Shown here piece after piece: positions 45,813-55,330 of a stretch of 64,000 nucleotides of DNA. Source of the stretch: Microgenomates group bacterium Gr01-1014_7 (GTDB lineage Bacteria; Patescibacteriota; Microgenomatia; Daviesbacterales; UBA10151); the NCBI GenBank assembly GCA_007376405.1, contig VMGD01000003.1:336-64335 (forward strand), given 5' to 3'. Each line of letters starts with the position of its first letter. Positions within the stretch are counted from its first letter, which is position 1. The translations under genes and the position numbers were made by a program. Under the pieces are notes generated by a model. It ran no database searches. It saw only the letters and a list, made by a program, of their open reading frames with translations, and was not told where the DNA came from.

Positions 45813-48800
45813 AGAAAGTACTAATTCTTGGTTCGGGAGCGCTAAAAATAGGTGAGGCCGGAGAATTTGATTACTCGGGCTCGCAAGCTTTAAAGGCCTT
45901 AAAAGAAGAAGGCGTTGCGACAGTTTTAATTAACCCTAATATTGCAACCATACAAACCTCAAAAGAGCTGGCTACTAAAGTTTACTTTTTACCGGTGACT
46001 CCCTATTTTGTCATCAGAGTAATTGAGAAAGAAAGGCCTGATGGGATTTTTTTATCATTTGGAGGGCAAACTGCCTTAAATTGTGGACTGGCACTTAATA
46101 AAAAGGGAGTTCTGAAAAAATATAATGTAGTTGTTTTAGGGACTCCTGTTAAAAGTATAGAGATAACTGAAGACAGGGAGCTTTTTGCTAAAGAGCTTGC
46201 AAAAATCGGGGTTAAAGTACCCATGGGGGGGTTTGCCAAGACTGTTGAGGATGCAAAAAAAATCGCTCACGGTTTAGGTTATCCGGTTTTGATAAGGTCC
46301 GGATTTTCTTTAGGAGGTTTGGGTTCAGGAATAATAGAAAAAGAAAAAGATTTAATAAAGATGGTTTCAGTAGCCTTAAAGCATGCCCCCCAAATAGCAG
46401 TTGAAGAGTATTTAAAACACTGGAAAGAAATAGAATATGAAGTGGTAAGAGATAATCTGGGTAATGAAATTACTGTCTGCAACATGGAAAACATGGATCC
46501 ATTAGGTATCCATACGGGGGAGAGTATTGTAGTTGCTCCATCTCAAACCCTTAATAATTATCAGTATCATATGCTCCGCAAGTTATCTTTGCAGGTAGTT
46601 GAACATTTAGGTGTAGTGGGAGAATGTAATATCCAGTTTGCTCTAAATCCCAAAGATAATGATTATCGGGTAATTGAAGTAAATGCCAGGTTATCCAGGT
46701 CATCTGCTCTGGCTTCAAAAGCAACAGGATATCCGCTTGCGTATATTGCCGCAAAGATTGGCCTGGATTATAACTTGTCTGATTTAAAAAATTCTGTTAC
46801 AGAATCTACCTCTGCCTTTTTTGAGCCGGCTCTGGATTATCTGGTGGTTAAAATTCCCCGCTGGGATTTGCAAAAATTCGCGGGAGCCAAAGAGTCTATT
46901 GGATCAGAAATGAAAAGCGTAGGTGAAGTAATGGCTATTGGCAGAAGTTTTCCTGAATGTCTGCAAAAGGGTGTAAGAATGCTGGAAACCGGCCAGGACG
47001 GACTTTTATCAAACGGGGTTGATGATACCAAACTTACACCTACTTCCGAGCGTCTTTTTGCCGTAGCCAAAAGACTGTCAAAGCTAGAAAGTGTTGATGA
47101 TATTTATCAGGAAACCGGTATTGACCCCTGGTTTTTATACCAGATTAAAAAAATAGTGGATTTTGAAATAAACTTAAAGAAAAAAAACCTTCTGGAAGCG
47201 AAAAAAATGGGATTTTCGGATAAAATAATTGCCAGAGCCTTTAAAAAAAGTGAAGAAGAGATCAGAAGTGACAGGAAAAAGCAGGGAATTGTCCCCAAAG
47301 TTAAGCATATTGATACTTTGGCAGCAGAGTATCCGGCAAAAACCAATTATTTGTATATGACTTATCATGGAGAGGAAAGTGAAGGGGAATCCCTCGACTA
47401 CGTTCGGGACAAGCGCGTGAAGCGTGAAGGGGAAAGCGAAAAAGCAATAGTCCTGGGGTCAGGGCCATACCGGATTGGGTCATCGGTTGAATTTGACTGG
47501 TGTTCGGTAACCGCGACGCAAACTCTAAAGAAAAAAGGAGTAGAGGTGGTACTAATAAATTGTAATCCTGAAACCGTTTCCACGGATTATGATATGGCAG
47601 ATAAACTGTACTTTGAAGAACTAACATTTGAACGTGTCAGTGATATTGCAGATATTGAGGGAGGGAATCTTGTATTATCTTTCGGAGGACAAATACCAAA
47701 CAATCTGGCAATGCCCGTATTCAAAGCAGGGTATAAAATTCTAGGCACGGCACCTCAAAATATTGACAAAGCAGAAGACCGGGATAAGTTTTCAAAGATT
47801 TTAGATAAATTAAATATTGGGCAACCGGCATGGAGAATCTTAAAATCCATTGATGATGCTATCGGGTTTGCCGGAATTATAACTTATCCTGTTTTAATCA
47901 GGCCTTCATATGTGCTTTCAGGATCAGCTATGAATGTTTGTTTTACCCCCCTGGAGTTAAAAAAATACTTAAAACAGGCAACAGAGGTTTCAAGTGAGCA
48001 TCCTGTGGTAATTTCCAAATTTATAGAAGGAGCCAAAGAAATAGAAATAGACGGAGTAGGGCAGGATGGTAAACTGATAATTTATGCTATTTCCGAACAT
48101 GTAGAAAATGCGGGGGTGCATTCCGGGGATGCAACTTTAGTTCTTCCCCCGCAAAAACTTTATCTGGAAACTGTCAGAAAGATCAAAGAAACTACTAAAA
48201 AAATACTGGCGGAGCTAAAAATAACCGGACCTTTTAATATCCAGTTTCTGGCAAAGAAAAATGAATTGCTTGTAATAGAGCTTAATTTACGCTCTTCCCG
48301 GTCTTTTCCCTTTGTTTCCAAAGTAACAGGCTATAATTTTGTGGATATGGCTACAAGGGTTATGCTGGGGGAGGATTTAAGAGGAGATTATCAGACAGTT
48401 GATCTTGACTACGTGGCAGTAAAAGCTCCACAATTTTCATTCCATCGGATCAAAGGGGCAGATCCAAGACTTCGGGTTGAAATGTCTTCAACAGGGGAGG
48501 TAGCCTGTTTTGGAGGGGATTTACAGGAAGCCTACTTAAAAGCTTTACTTTCTGTTGGATTTAAATTGCCTGAAAATGCGGTCTTTCTGGCACTGGGAGG
48601 GGATAAAAATAAACTTGATTTTTTACCTGCTGCCAAACTGTTAGTTTCCATGGGTCTTAAAATTTATGCTACGAAAGGAACTTCAAAATTTTTACAGGCA
48701 CAGGGGATAAACGCTACCCGTGCATTTAAAATCTCGGAGAAAAAATACCCCTCTGCTTTAGACTTGATGCAGCAGGGGAAAATAGATCTGGCTATTAATA

Positions 48801-48979
48801 TTTCCGAACCGGGGTCCGCAAAGGCAGAATCCGACGGGTTTGTTATCAGAAGAAACTGTGTTGATTTAGGAATTCCTTTAATTACCAATCTTCAGGCAGC
48901 GCAGCTTTTAATATCCTCTCTTTTTACCAAAAAAATAGAGGATCTGGAGATCAAATCCTGGGATGAGTATGTCAGATAG
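45809..48979 (+). CDS. carB: Carbamoyl-phosphate synthase large subunit; carries a short hairpin-repeat insertion at 47388..47415 in the inter-half linker
   Basis: Two ATP-grasp halves; 1056 aa; MGS-like C-terminal domain. Confidence 0.9.
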   Translation: MKKVLILGSGALKIGEAGEFDYSGSQALKALKEEGVATVLINPNIATIQTSKELATKVYFLPVTPYFVIRVIEKERPDGIFLSFGGQTALNCGLALNKKGVLKKYNVVVLGTPVKSIEITEDRELFAKELAKIGVKVPMGGFAKTVEDAKKIAHGLGYPVLIRSGFSLGGLGSGIIEKEKDLIKMVSVALKHAPQIAVEEYLKHWKEIEYEVVRDNLGNEITVCNMENMDPLGIHTGESIVVAPSQTLNNYQYHMLRKLSLQVVEHLGVVGECNIQFALNPKDNDYRVIEVNARLSRSSALASKATGYPLAYIAAKIGLDYNLSDLKNSVTESTSAFFEPALDYLVVKIPRWDLQKFAGAKESIGSEMKSVGEVMAIGRSFPECLQKGVRMLETGQDGLLSNGVDDTKLTPTSERLFAVAKRLSKLESVDDIYQETGIDPWFLYQIKKIVDFEINLKKKNLLEAKKMGFSDKIIARAFKKSEEEIRSDRKKQGIVPKVKHIDTLAAEYPAKTNYLYMTYHGEESEGESLDYVRDKRVKREGESEKAIVLGSGPYRIGSSVEFDWCSVTATQTLKKKGVEVVLINCNPETVSTDYDMADKLYFEELTFERVSDIADIEGGNLVLSFGGQIPNNLAMPVFKAGYKILGTAPQNIDKAEDRDKFSKILDKLNIGQPAWRILKSIDDAIGFAGIITYPVLIRPSYVLSGSAMNVCFTPLELKKYLKQATEVSSEHPVVISKFIEGAKEIEIDGVGQDGKLIIYAISEHVENAGVHSGDATLVLPPQKLYLETVRKIKETTKKILAELKITGPFNIQFLAKKNELLVIELNLRSSRSFPFVSKVTGYNFVDMATRVMLGEDLRGDYQTVDLDYVAVKAPQFSFHRIKGADPRLRVEMSSTGEVACFGGDLQEAYLKALLSVGFKLPENAVFLALGGDKNKLDFLPAAKLLVSMGLKIYATKGTSKFLQAQGINATRAFKISEKKYPSALDLMQQGKIDLAINISEPGSAKAESDGFVIRRNCVDLGIPLITNLQAAQLLISSLFTKKIEDLEIKSWDEYVR
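47388..47415. repeat. Hairpin repeat family B copy (AATCCCTCGACTACGTTCGGGACAAGCG) in carB, flanked by the 11-bp direct repeat GTGAAGGGGAA (47379-47389 and 47424-47434)
   Basis: Read directly from the sequence. Confidence 0.55.
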
Positions 48980-49012
48980 ATTTTTTGCGGGAAATATGGC
49001 AAGATAGGGTTA

Positions 49013-50089
49013 ATGTTCATTCCCAAATATTCAATCACCAACAAGATACTTAAAAGTATTGGCATTGTTGAGGCAGCGCGTGAGGTGATAATGAATGCTC
49101 CACTGGTTCCCGCATGGGAGGCAAAATTCAGGAAAGAGGCAATGGAGAGAACTGTTCATCATGGCACTCATCTGGAGGGAAATCCGCTGTCGGAAGAAGA
49201 AGTAAAGGATGTTTTGGATGGCCAGGAGGTTATAGCCAGGGACAGAGATATCCAGGAGATATTAAATTACAGAAATGTTTTAAAGTTTATAGATGGGGTG
49301 CAAACCCAAATCGGTCCCTCCGGAAACTACAACTTTACGCTTGAGACAATTCTGGAAATGCACCGGTTAACCACTGAAAAAATTCTTCCGCCGGAATCAA
49401 CCGGCAACTTTAGAATCCGCCAGGTGGTGATTAAAAATACCAAAACAGGACAAGTTTCCTACACCCCGCCTCCGGCAGTGGAAGTGCCGTATCTGGTTGA
49501 GGACTTGGTGAATTGGATTAACTCCGATGAAGGCAAAGAAGCTAATCCGGTGATTAAAGCCGGGATTATTCATTATGAACTGGCCCGGATTCACCCGTTT
49601 ACAGATGGAAATGGTAGAGTAGCCCGGGCTGTGGCCACTTTAATTATGTTTCTGGATGGTTATGATATCAGGAAATTCTTTGCTTTGGAAGAATACTTTG
49701 ATGAAAATCCAATGAACTATTACTTAACGCTGCAAGCTGTATCAAACCAGCTCGTACTAGATACTCACGAGCGGGATTTAACTCCCTGGCTGGAGTACTT
49801 TGTGGAAGGGGTGGCCATTGAACTCAACAGAGTTAAAGAGAAAGTGCAAAGAATTTCCGTTGATGCCAGGGTTAAAGATAGGTTGGGGGAGCAGCTGACT
49901 TTGAATGAGCGGCAAATGCTTATCATGGAATATCTTCACCGGCATAAAGCCATGACTAATAAAGATTTTAGAAAAATCTTTCCTGATTTCTCAGATGATA
50001 CTGTGCTTAGAGAGCTCATGTTTTTACGTAAAAAAGGATTATTAAAAAAAGTTGGTGGAACCAAAAAAGCTACATACGTTTTGAAATAG
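49013..50089 (+). CDS. Fic/DOC-family protein (AMPylator-type) with a C-terminal winged-helix domain
   Basis: HPFTDGNGRVARA, the canonical Fic motif HPFx(D/E)GNGR. Confidence 0.75.
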   Translation: MFIPKYSITNKILKSIGIVEAAREVIMNAPLVPAWEAKFRKEAMERTVHHGTHLEGNPLSEEEVKDVLDGQEVIARDRDIQEILNYRNVLKFIDGVQTQIGPSGNYNFTLETILEMHRLTTEKILPPESTGNFRIRQVVIKNTKTGQVSYTPPPAVEVPYLVEDLVNWINSDEGKEANPVIKAGIIHYELARIHPFTDGNGRVARAVATLIMFLDGYDIRKFFALEEYFDENPMNYYLTLQAVSNQLVLDTHERDLTPWLEYFVEGVAIELNRVKEKVQRISVDARVKDRLGEQLTLNERQMLIMEYLHRHKAMTNKDFRKIFPDFSDDTVLRELMFLRKKGLLKKVGGTKKATYVLK

Positions 50090-50375
50090 GTTCAGGGCCT
50101 ACATAGTCCAATATTTGCTGGGTTATTTTGTCATCGGGCACTCCCATTTTCCGATAATCCCTTACGATTAGCCTGCACTGCTCTTTTATACTATCCCATT
50201 GCTCCTCTTCGGTTTGGTGGGCGAAACTAACATGGCGTGTAGCCGTTATTAAGCCGTTCTGTCTGTTCAATTCTACCCATTTATCGGTTTCATTTAAATC
50301 TTCAGGAGGAAGCAATTCTTCTGGCTCTTTAGTTTCTATATTGCCTGCATCTGTCATTCTTTCAGAATAAGACAA
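50070..50375 (-). CDS. Hypothetical protein
   Basis: ORF only. Confidence 0.2.
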   Translation of the reverse strand: MSYSERMTDAGNIETKEPEELLPPEDLNETDKWVELNRQNGLITATRHVSFAHQTEEEQWDSIKEQCRLIVRDYRKMGVPDDKITQQILDYVGPEPISKRM

Positions 50376-50421
50376 AAACGGAAATTTTACAATATACCAA
50401 TAATCTATTACAATCCCATTA

Positions 50422-52134
50422 ATGACATTTGCTAAACTTTCCCAATATTTTGAAAAACTTGAAGAAACATCCTCCAGACTTATCTTAATTGATATTTTAT
50501 CCGAACTTTTTTTTAAGGTGAGAGCTGATGAAATTGGGATGGTTTCCTATCTTTTGCAGGGAAGAGTAGCCCCATTTTATGAACCAATTGAGATGGGAAT
50601 GTCGGAAAAGCTGGTAGCTCAAGCCATGGCCCGAGCTTACGGGGTGGATCGCGAGCAAGTGCTCAAGGAATATGGAAGAGCGGGGGATTTGGGGAAGGTG
50701 GCGGAGAAATTTGCAAAAGAATTAAGAATCAAGAATAAAGAATTAAGCGTAGAAGAAGTGTTTAAAATCTTAACTGAAATTGCCAAAACTACAGGGGATG
50801 GGACCGTAGAAAAGAAAATAGCTCTTCTTGCAGGTTTACTCTCAAAAATGGATGGAGTTTCGGCTAAACACCTGGTAAGAATTCCCCTTGGGGTACTGCG
50901 GCTGGGGATAGGTGATCCAACTATTTTGGATGCTTTTTCCCTCGCATACGCTCGGGACAGGGCCAAACGTCCGATACTTGAAGCTGCATATAATAAAGTT
51001 TCGGATTTGGGTTTAGTGGGAGAAACTTTATCGAAGGGCGGGCTAAAGGCTGTTGAAAGATTAAGTGTAACAGTCGGGCGTCCAATAAGATCACAACTGG
51101 CAGAAAGATTACCAACTCCTGAAAAAGTTATTGAAAAAATGGGAACTGTTAATGCGCAAAGAAAATTAGATGGCTTTAGGGTGGCTATACATAAGAAAGC
51201 TAGCGAAGTAAGGCTTTTTTCCAGGAATCTGGAGGAAACAACCCCCATGTTTCCGGAAATAGTTGAAGGAGCAAAGAAACAAATTAAAGCTAAAAGTGTA
51301 ATTCTTGATGCCGAAGCCATTGGTTTTAATCCTATTTCCGGTGAATTTTTGCCCTTTCAGGAAACAACTCAAAGAAGAAGAAAGTATGGCATTGAAGAAA
51401 TGGCCAAAAAAATCCCTCTTAAGACTTTTTGTTTTGATATTTTATACAAGGATGGGACATCCTTGATCGATCAGCCTTTGGCTGCTCGATTAAAAACGTT
51501 AAAAAATACAATCAAAGACGGAGAAGTGCTTTTTCCCGAACTGGGAATAGTGGTTGAGACGGCTAAAAAATTGCAAATAATGCTGGATGAGAGTATTTCG
51601 GAAGGACTAGAGGGTTTGGTTGTTAAGAGGTTGGATAGCAAATATGAGGCCGGAGCCAGAAATTTTAACTGGGTAAAACTAAAAAGGCACTCAGATGGTG
51701 AGCTTAGAGATACAATTGATTGCGTGATTTTGGGTTATATTTATGGCAGGGGAAAAAGAGCATCATTCGGTGCGGGCGCGCTACTTGTTGGTGTTTACGA
51801 TGAGTCGCAAGACGAATTCGTGACAGTCAGTAAAATAGGAACCGGTTTAACAGATGAAGAGTTTAGGGAAATTCGAAGGAGGGCAGATAAAATTAAGGTT
51901 GATAAGCAGCCCGCTAGAGTCAATTCCATTTTAAAGCCTTCAGTTTGGATTGCTCCGGAAATTGTAATTGAAGTTTTGGCAGATGAAATAACCAGAAGCC
52001 CGATTCACAGCGCAGGCTATGCCCTGCGTTTCCCCAGACTTATTAAATTCCGCGAGGCCGACAAAAAAGCCGAAGACGCAACTACGGTTAAAGAGTTAAT
52101 TGAGATGTATCATCAGCAGTTTAAGAAAATATAA
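50422..52134 (+). CDS. ATP-dependent DNA ligase (archaeal/eukaryotic LigB type)
   Basis: KLDGFRV (KxDG adenylation motif I); three-domain length of 570 aa. Confidence 0.8.
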   Translation: MTFAKLSQYFEKLEETSSRLILIDILSELFFKVRADEIGMVSYLLQGRVAPFYEPIEMGMSEKLVAQAMARAYGVDREQVLKEYGRAGDLGKVAEKFAKELRIKNKELSVEEVFKILTEIAKTTGDGTVEKKIALLAGLLSKMDGVSAKHLVRIPLGVLRLGIGDPTILDAFSLAYARDRAKRPILEAAYNKVSDLGLVGETLSKGGLKAVERLSVTVGRPIRSQLAERLPTPEKVIEKMGTVNAQRKLDGFRVAIHKKASEVRLFSRNLEETTPMFPEIVEGAKKQIKAKSVILDAEAIGFNPISGEFLPFQETTQRRRKYGIEEMAKKIPLKTFCFDILYKDGTSLIDQPLAARLKTLKNTIKDGEVLFPELGIVVETAKKLQIMLDESISEGLEGLVVKRLDSKYEAGARNFNWVKLKRHSDGELRDTIDCVILGYIYGRGKRASFGAGALLVGVYDESQDEFVTVSKIGTGLTDEEFREIRRRADKIKVDKQPARVNSILKPSVWIAPEIVIEVLADEITRSPIHSAGYALRFPRLIKFREADKKAEDATTVKELIEMYHQQFKKI

Positions 52135-52174
52135 CCATTATAACGGTTATAATAATTATAAAATTTATACTAAA

Positions 52175-52702
52175 ATGCAAAATGAAGGCTACAAAAATCT
52201 TCCCTTTTTTAAACAGACAGAAATAATCTATGATTTTACCGTAGACTTCGTTAAAAAATATATTGACTACAAATCCCGTACCAAAGACCAGATGGAGCAG
52301 GCAGCCCGCTCCGGGAAACAGAATATAGCTGAAGGATATTTACAAAAAAGTTTAGAGGGAAGAATTAAGTTGGTGGGTGTAGCTCGCGGCTCTTTAGAAG
52401 AGCTTTTAAATGATTATTTGGATTACTTGCGTCAGCATAGGTTAAAGCTTTGGGATATGAATTCTGCGGAAGCCCGAAAAGTCCGAAGCTTCGTATATAA
52501 CAGTTATAACGATTATAAAAATTATAAAGATTATATTGAAAACCCGGAAAGCGCAGCTAATGCTATGATTTGCCTAATTAACCAAACCAACCGCTTACTG
52601 GATCAAAAAATCCGCTGGCTAGAAGAAAAATTTATTAATGAAGGCGGATTCAGGGAAAACCTTTTTAAAAAGAGGATGGAAAAAAGAAAAGCAGTGAGGT
52701 AA
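52175..52702 (+). CDS. Four-helix-bundle protein (TIGR02436, the so-called 23S rRNA IVS protein family)
   Basis: FKQTEIIYDFTVDF...AEGY...GSLEEL family pattern; start trimmed to ATG 52175. Confidence 0.55.
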   Translation: MQNEGYKNLPFFKQTEIIYDFTVDFVKKYIDYKSRTKDQMEQAARSGKQNIAEGYLQKSLEGRIKLVGVARGSLEELLNDYLDYLRQHRLKLWDMNSAEARKVRSFVYNSYNDYKNYKDYIENPESAANAMICLINQTNRLLDQKIRWLEEKFINEGGFRENLFKKRMEKRKAVR

Positions 52703-52711
52703 AATGCCTGC

Positions 52712-55330
52712 ATGGCATATGTAGCTGATTTGCATATTCATTCCAGATTTTCCAGGGCTTGTTCACAACAACTTAATATTCCAAATTTAGTAGAGTGGGC
52801 CAAATTAAAAGGCATAAATCTTTTAGGGACAGGGGATTTTTTACACCCACTTTGGCTAACAGAATTAAAACATCAGCTTAAAGAAGATGGGTCAGGGTTT
52901 TTAAAGGGTAAAGCGGAAAGCGTAAAGGGGGAAGAGGTAAGATTTGTTCTGACAGTAGAGATTGCTTCAATGTATTCTCATGGAGGCAGAGGCAGAAGAA
53001 TCCATAATCTGGTTTTTATGCCCGGCTTTGAGGCTGCTGAAAAATTCCAAAAAGCACTTTTAGCAAGAAGAGCAACTTTAGCTTCAGATGGTAGGCCAAT
53101 TGTAGGTATTCCCTCAAAAGAACTTCTGCAGATGGCGCTAACTGCTGACAAAAAAGCCATTTTTATTCCGGCTCACTGTGTCTTACCCGATACCCAAGTG
53201 CACACTGTTAAAGGAATGCAAGAAATACAAAGCATAAAGCCAGGTGATTTAGTTTATACCCACAATAATCGTAAAAGAGAGGTAACAGAAGTCATCAAAC
53301 ACGAGCACGACGGGACTTTATACAAAATTCAACCTTGGTATTTCTCTCCTGGTTTAGAAGCGACCGAAGAACACCCTTATTATGGTTTCCATATAAAATA
53401 TTGTCCTTCAACTGGTTCTCCTTGCCTTCCTACAGAAGCACATAAAAGAAGATGTAAACATAAATTTTATGAACAATATATCCCAATATGGCTTCCTGCA
53501 CAGGATTTAAGAGATGGAGATGTTTTGGTTTTTCCTAGATTTACTAATACTACACCAATGCCAACGCTTTTTTTAGATAAAGAATTAGCATATCAAGCCG
53601 TAGGTGAGTTAATCAAAACAGGAGGTTCAAGAGGCCATATTTTTAACCAGCAAATTCAAATTGATGAGAGCTTTTGCAGATTAATTGGCTACTATTTAGC
53701 TGAAGGTTCCCTTAGTACAACAAAAGGACACATAAGCCTCGCATTTAATCAGAGTGAGAGTGTGTATATTGAAGATGTAAAGCAATTGATTGAGAAAGTA
53801 TTTGGAATAAAGCATATACGCATATATAGAAGATTAAATAATAAGGGGGTGGAGATAACCATTTATTCTAAATTAATTTCAGAACTTTTTGCCAAACTTT
53901 TTTATACAGACAATTCGCATAAAGCATTTAATAAGAATTTACCTGACTGGATGCTTCATTTGCCAGAATTTCTGCAGGCTCAAATCTTGCTAGGATGGTG
54001 GAGGGGTGATCATGGTTATACTGTTTCGCGATCTTTAATGAATCAAATGAAAGTTATTTGTTTACGTCTGGGGATTGTTCCCTCGATAGGTGTTGACAAA
54101 TCAGAGAATCATCTTAAGAGAGGAAATCATATATATCAGGATAGAATTATCAAAGCAACTTCAGATCTTTATTACTTCTCCGGGCTTGCTTTTTTTGAAG
54201 ATAAATATAATCTTTTAAGTGATCCTGTATTTGAGGAATCTAAGCGTAAACTTACAAGAAGACATGGATGGATTGATAAAGACTATATCTATATGCCTAT
54301 CCGTAAAATTACCAGGAGGAAGTATACAGGGGAGGTTTTTAATTTGGAGGTAGACGAAGATAATTCCTATATAACTGAATTTGCTGCAGTACATAATTGC
54401 TGGACGCCCTGGTTTGGTCTATTTGGGTCCGAAAGTGGATATGATTCGCTAGAGGAGTGTTTTGAGGATTTAACAGACCATGTGTATGGGATTGAAACCG
54501 GGCTCTCAAGCGATCCGGCTATGAACTGGAGGATAAAGGAACTTGATAACCGCTCAATTATTTCCTGTTCTGATGCGCATTCCTTGCCAAATCTGGGAAG
54601 AGAGGCAACGGTGATAGAAGGGGAATTTAGCTATAATGGTTTATGGAAAGCTGTTTCTAACCCTTCTATCATTCTGAGGCCGAAGGCCGAAGAATCCCCC
54701 ACGAATGTGGGTTCTGACATTCGTCAGAGGTCCTTCGCTAAAGCTCAGGACGACAATAGAATTGTCGGTACCATTGAATTTCATCCTGAGGAAGGGAAAT
54801 ATCATTATACCGGACACAGAAACTGCGGAGTTAAATATGATTCGGAACAGGAAGTTGCAAACGGGGTTATTTGTCCAAAGTGCAAAAGACCCTTAACCGT
54901 GGGAGTAATGAGTAGAGTAGAGAAGATCGCAGGGCGATCAGTAGATGAAGTAGGGATGTTAGAGGATGAGCAGGGAATAATCAAAAGCAAGGTCTTTAAT
55001 AGGCCGGGATACCGGATGTTAGTCCCGCTTTTGCAGATTATTGCGGAAGCGCTACACTCTACTCCAACAAGCCAAAAAGTATTAAACGAGTATAAAAAGT
55101 TAGCAATTAATCTGGGTGGAGAAATTAAGGTTTTAACTAAGGTTGATGTGTCGGAAATTGCCAAACTTTCCGGCCCCAGAATTACTGAAGGGGTGGAAAG
55201 AATGAGAAAAGGTACTATTGTAATTGATCCCGGATATGATGGAGTCTATGGAGTGGTAAAAATATGGCCCGATGGGGAATCGATTGAAGAAAGTAGCGCA
55301 GAAGCTCCACAGTTGGGATTGTTTGATTAG
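52712..55330 (+). CDS. PHP-domain phosphoesterase with a C-terminal Zn ribbon (COG1379-like), interrupted by an intein
   Basis: N-terminal DLHIHSRFS PHP motif; CPKCKRPLTVG zinc ribbon; intein at codons 156-562. Confidence 0.65.
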   Translation: MAYVADLHIHSRFSRACSQQLNIPNLVEWAKLKGINLLGTGDFLHPLWLTELKHQLKEDGSGFLKGKAESVKGEEVRFVLTVEIASMYSHGGRGRRIHNLVFMPGFEAAEKFQKALLARRATLASDGRPIVGIPSKELLQMALTADKKAIFIPAHCVLPDTQVHTVKGMQEIQSIKPGDLVYTHNNRKREVTEVIKHEHDGTLYKIQPWYFSPGLEATEEHPYYGFHIKYCPSTGSPCLPTEAHKRRCKHKFYEQYIPIWLPAQDLRDGDVLVFPRFTNTTPMPTLFLDKELAYQAVGELIKTGGSRGHIFNQQIQIDESFCRLIGYYLAEGSLSTTKGHISLAFNQSESVYIEDVKQLIEKVFGIKHIRIYRRLNNKGVEITIYSKLISELFAKLFYTDNSHKAFNKNLPDWMLHLPEFLQAQILLGWWRGDHGYTVSRSLMNQMKVICLRLGIVPSIGVDKSENHLKRGNHIYQDRIIKATSDLYYFSGLAFFEDKYNLLSDPVFEESKRKLTRRHGWIDKDYIYMPIRKITRRKYTGEVFNLEVDEDNSYITEFAAVHNCWTPWFGLFGSESGYDSLEECFEDLTDHVYGIETGLSSDPAMNWRIKELDNRSIISCSDAHSLPNLGREATVIEGEFSYNGLWKAVSNPSIILRPKAEESPTNVGSDIRQRSFAKAQDDNRIVGTIEFHPEEGKYHYTGHRNCGVKYDSEQEVANGVICPKCKRPLTVGVMSRVEKIAGRSVDEVGMLEDEQGIIKSKVFNRPGYRMLVPLLQIIAEALHSTPTSQKVLNEYKKLAINLGGEIKVLTKVDVSEIAKLSGPRITEGVERMRKGTIVIDPGYDGVYGVVKIWPDGESIEESSAEAPQLGLFD
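53177..54397 (+). mobile_element. Intein (407 aa) with a LAGLIDADG homing-endonuclease domain
   Basis: Block A: Cys1 followed by VLPDTQV; two LAGLIDADG blocks (LIGYYLAEGS, ILLGWWRGDHG); C-terminal ...AAVHN followed by the extein Cys. Confidence 0.75.
54673..54754. repeat. Palindromic element family A, copy 1 (82 bp), in frame inside the PHP/intein gene C-extein
   Basis: Conserved termini TCTGAGGCCGAAGGCCGAAGAATC ... TCCTTCGCTAAAGCTCAGGACGAC (imperfect TIRs); internal hairpins CCCAC/GTGGG and CTGAC/GTCAG. Confidence 0.6.

Noticed and set aside
52100-52174. Extended start of the four-helix-bundle gene at 52100
   Set aside because: It overlaps the ligase 3' end. The family-typical sequence begins after ATG 52175
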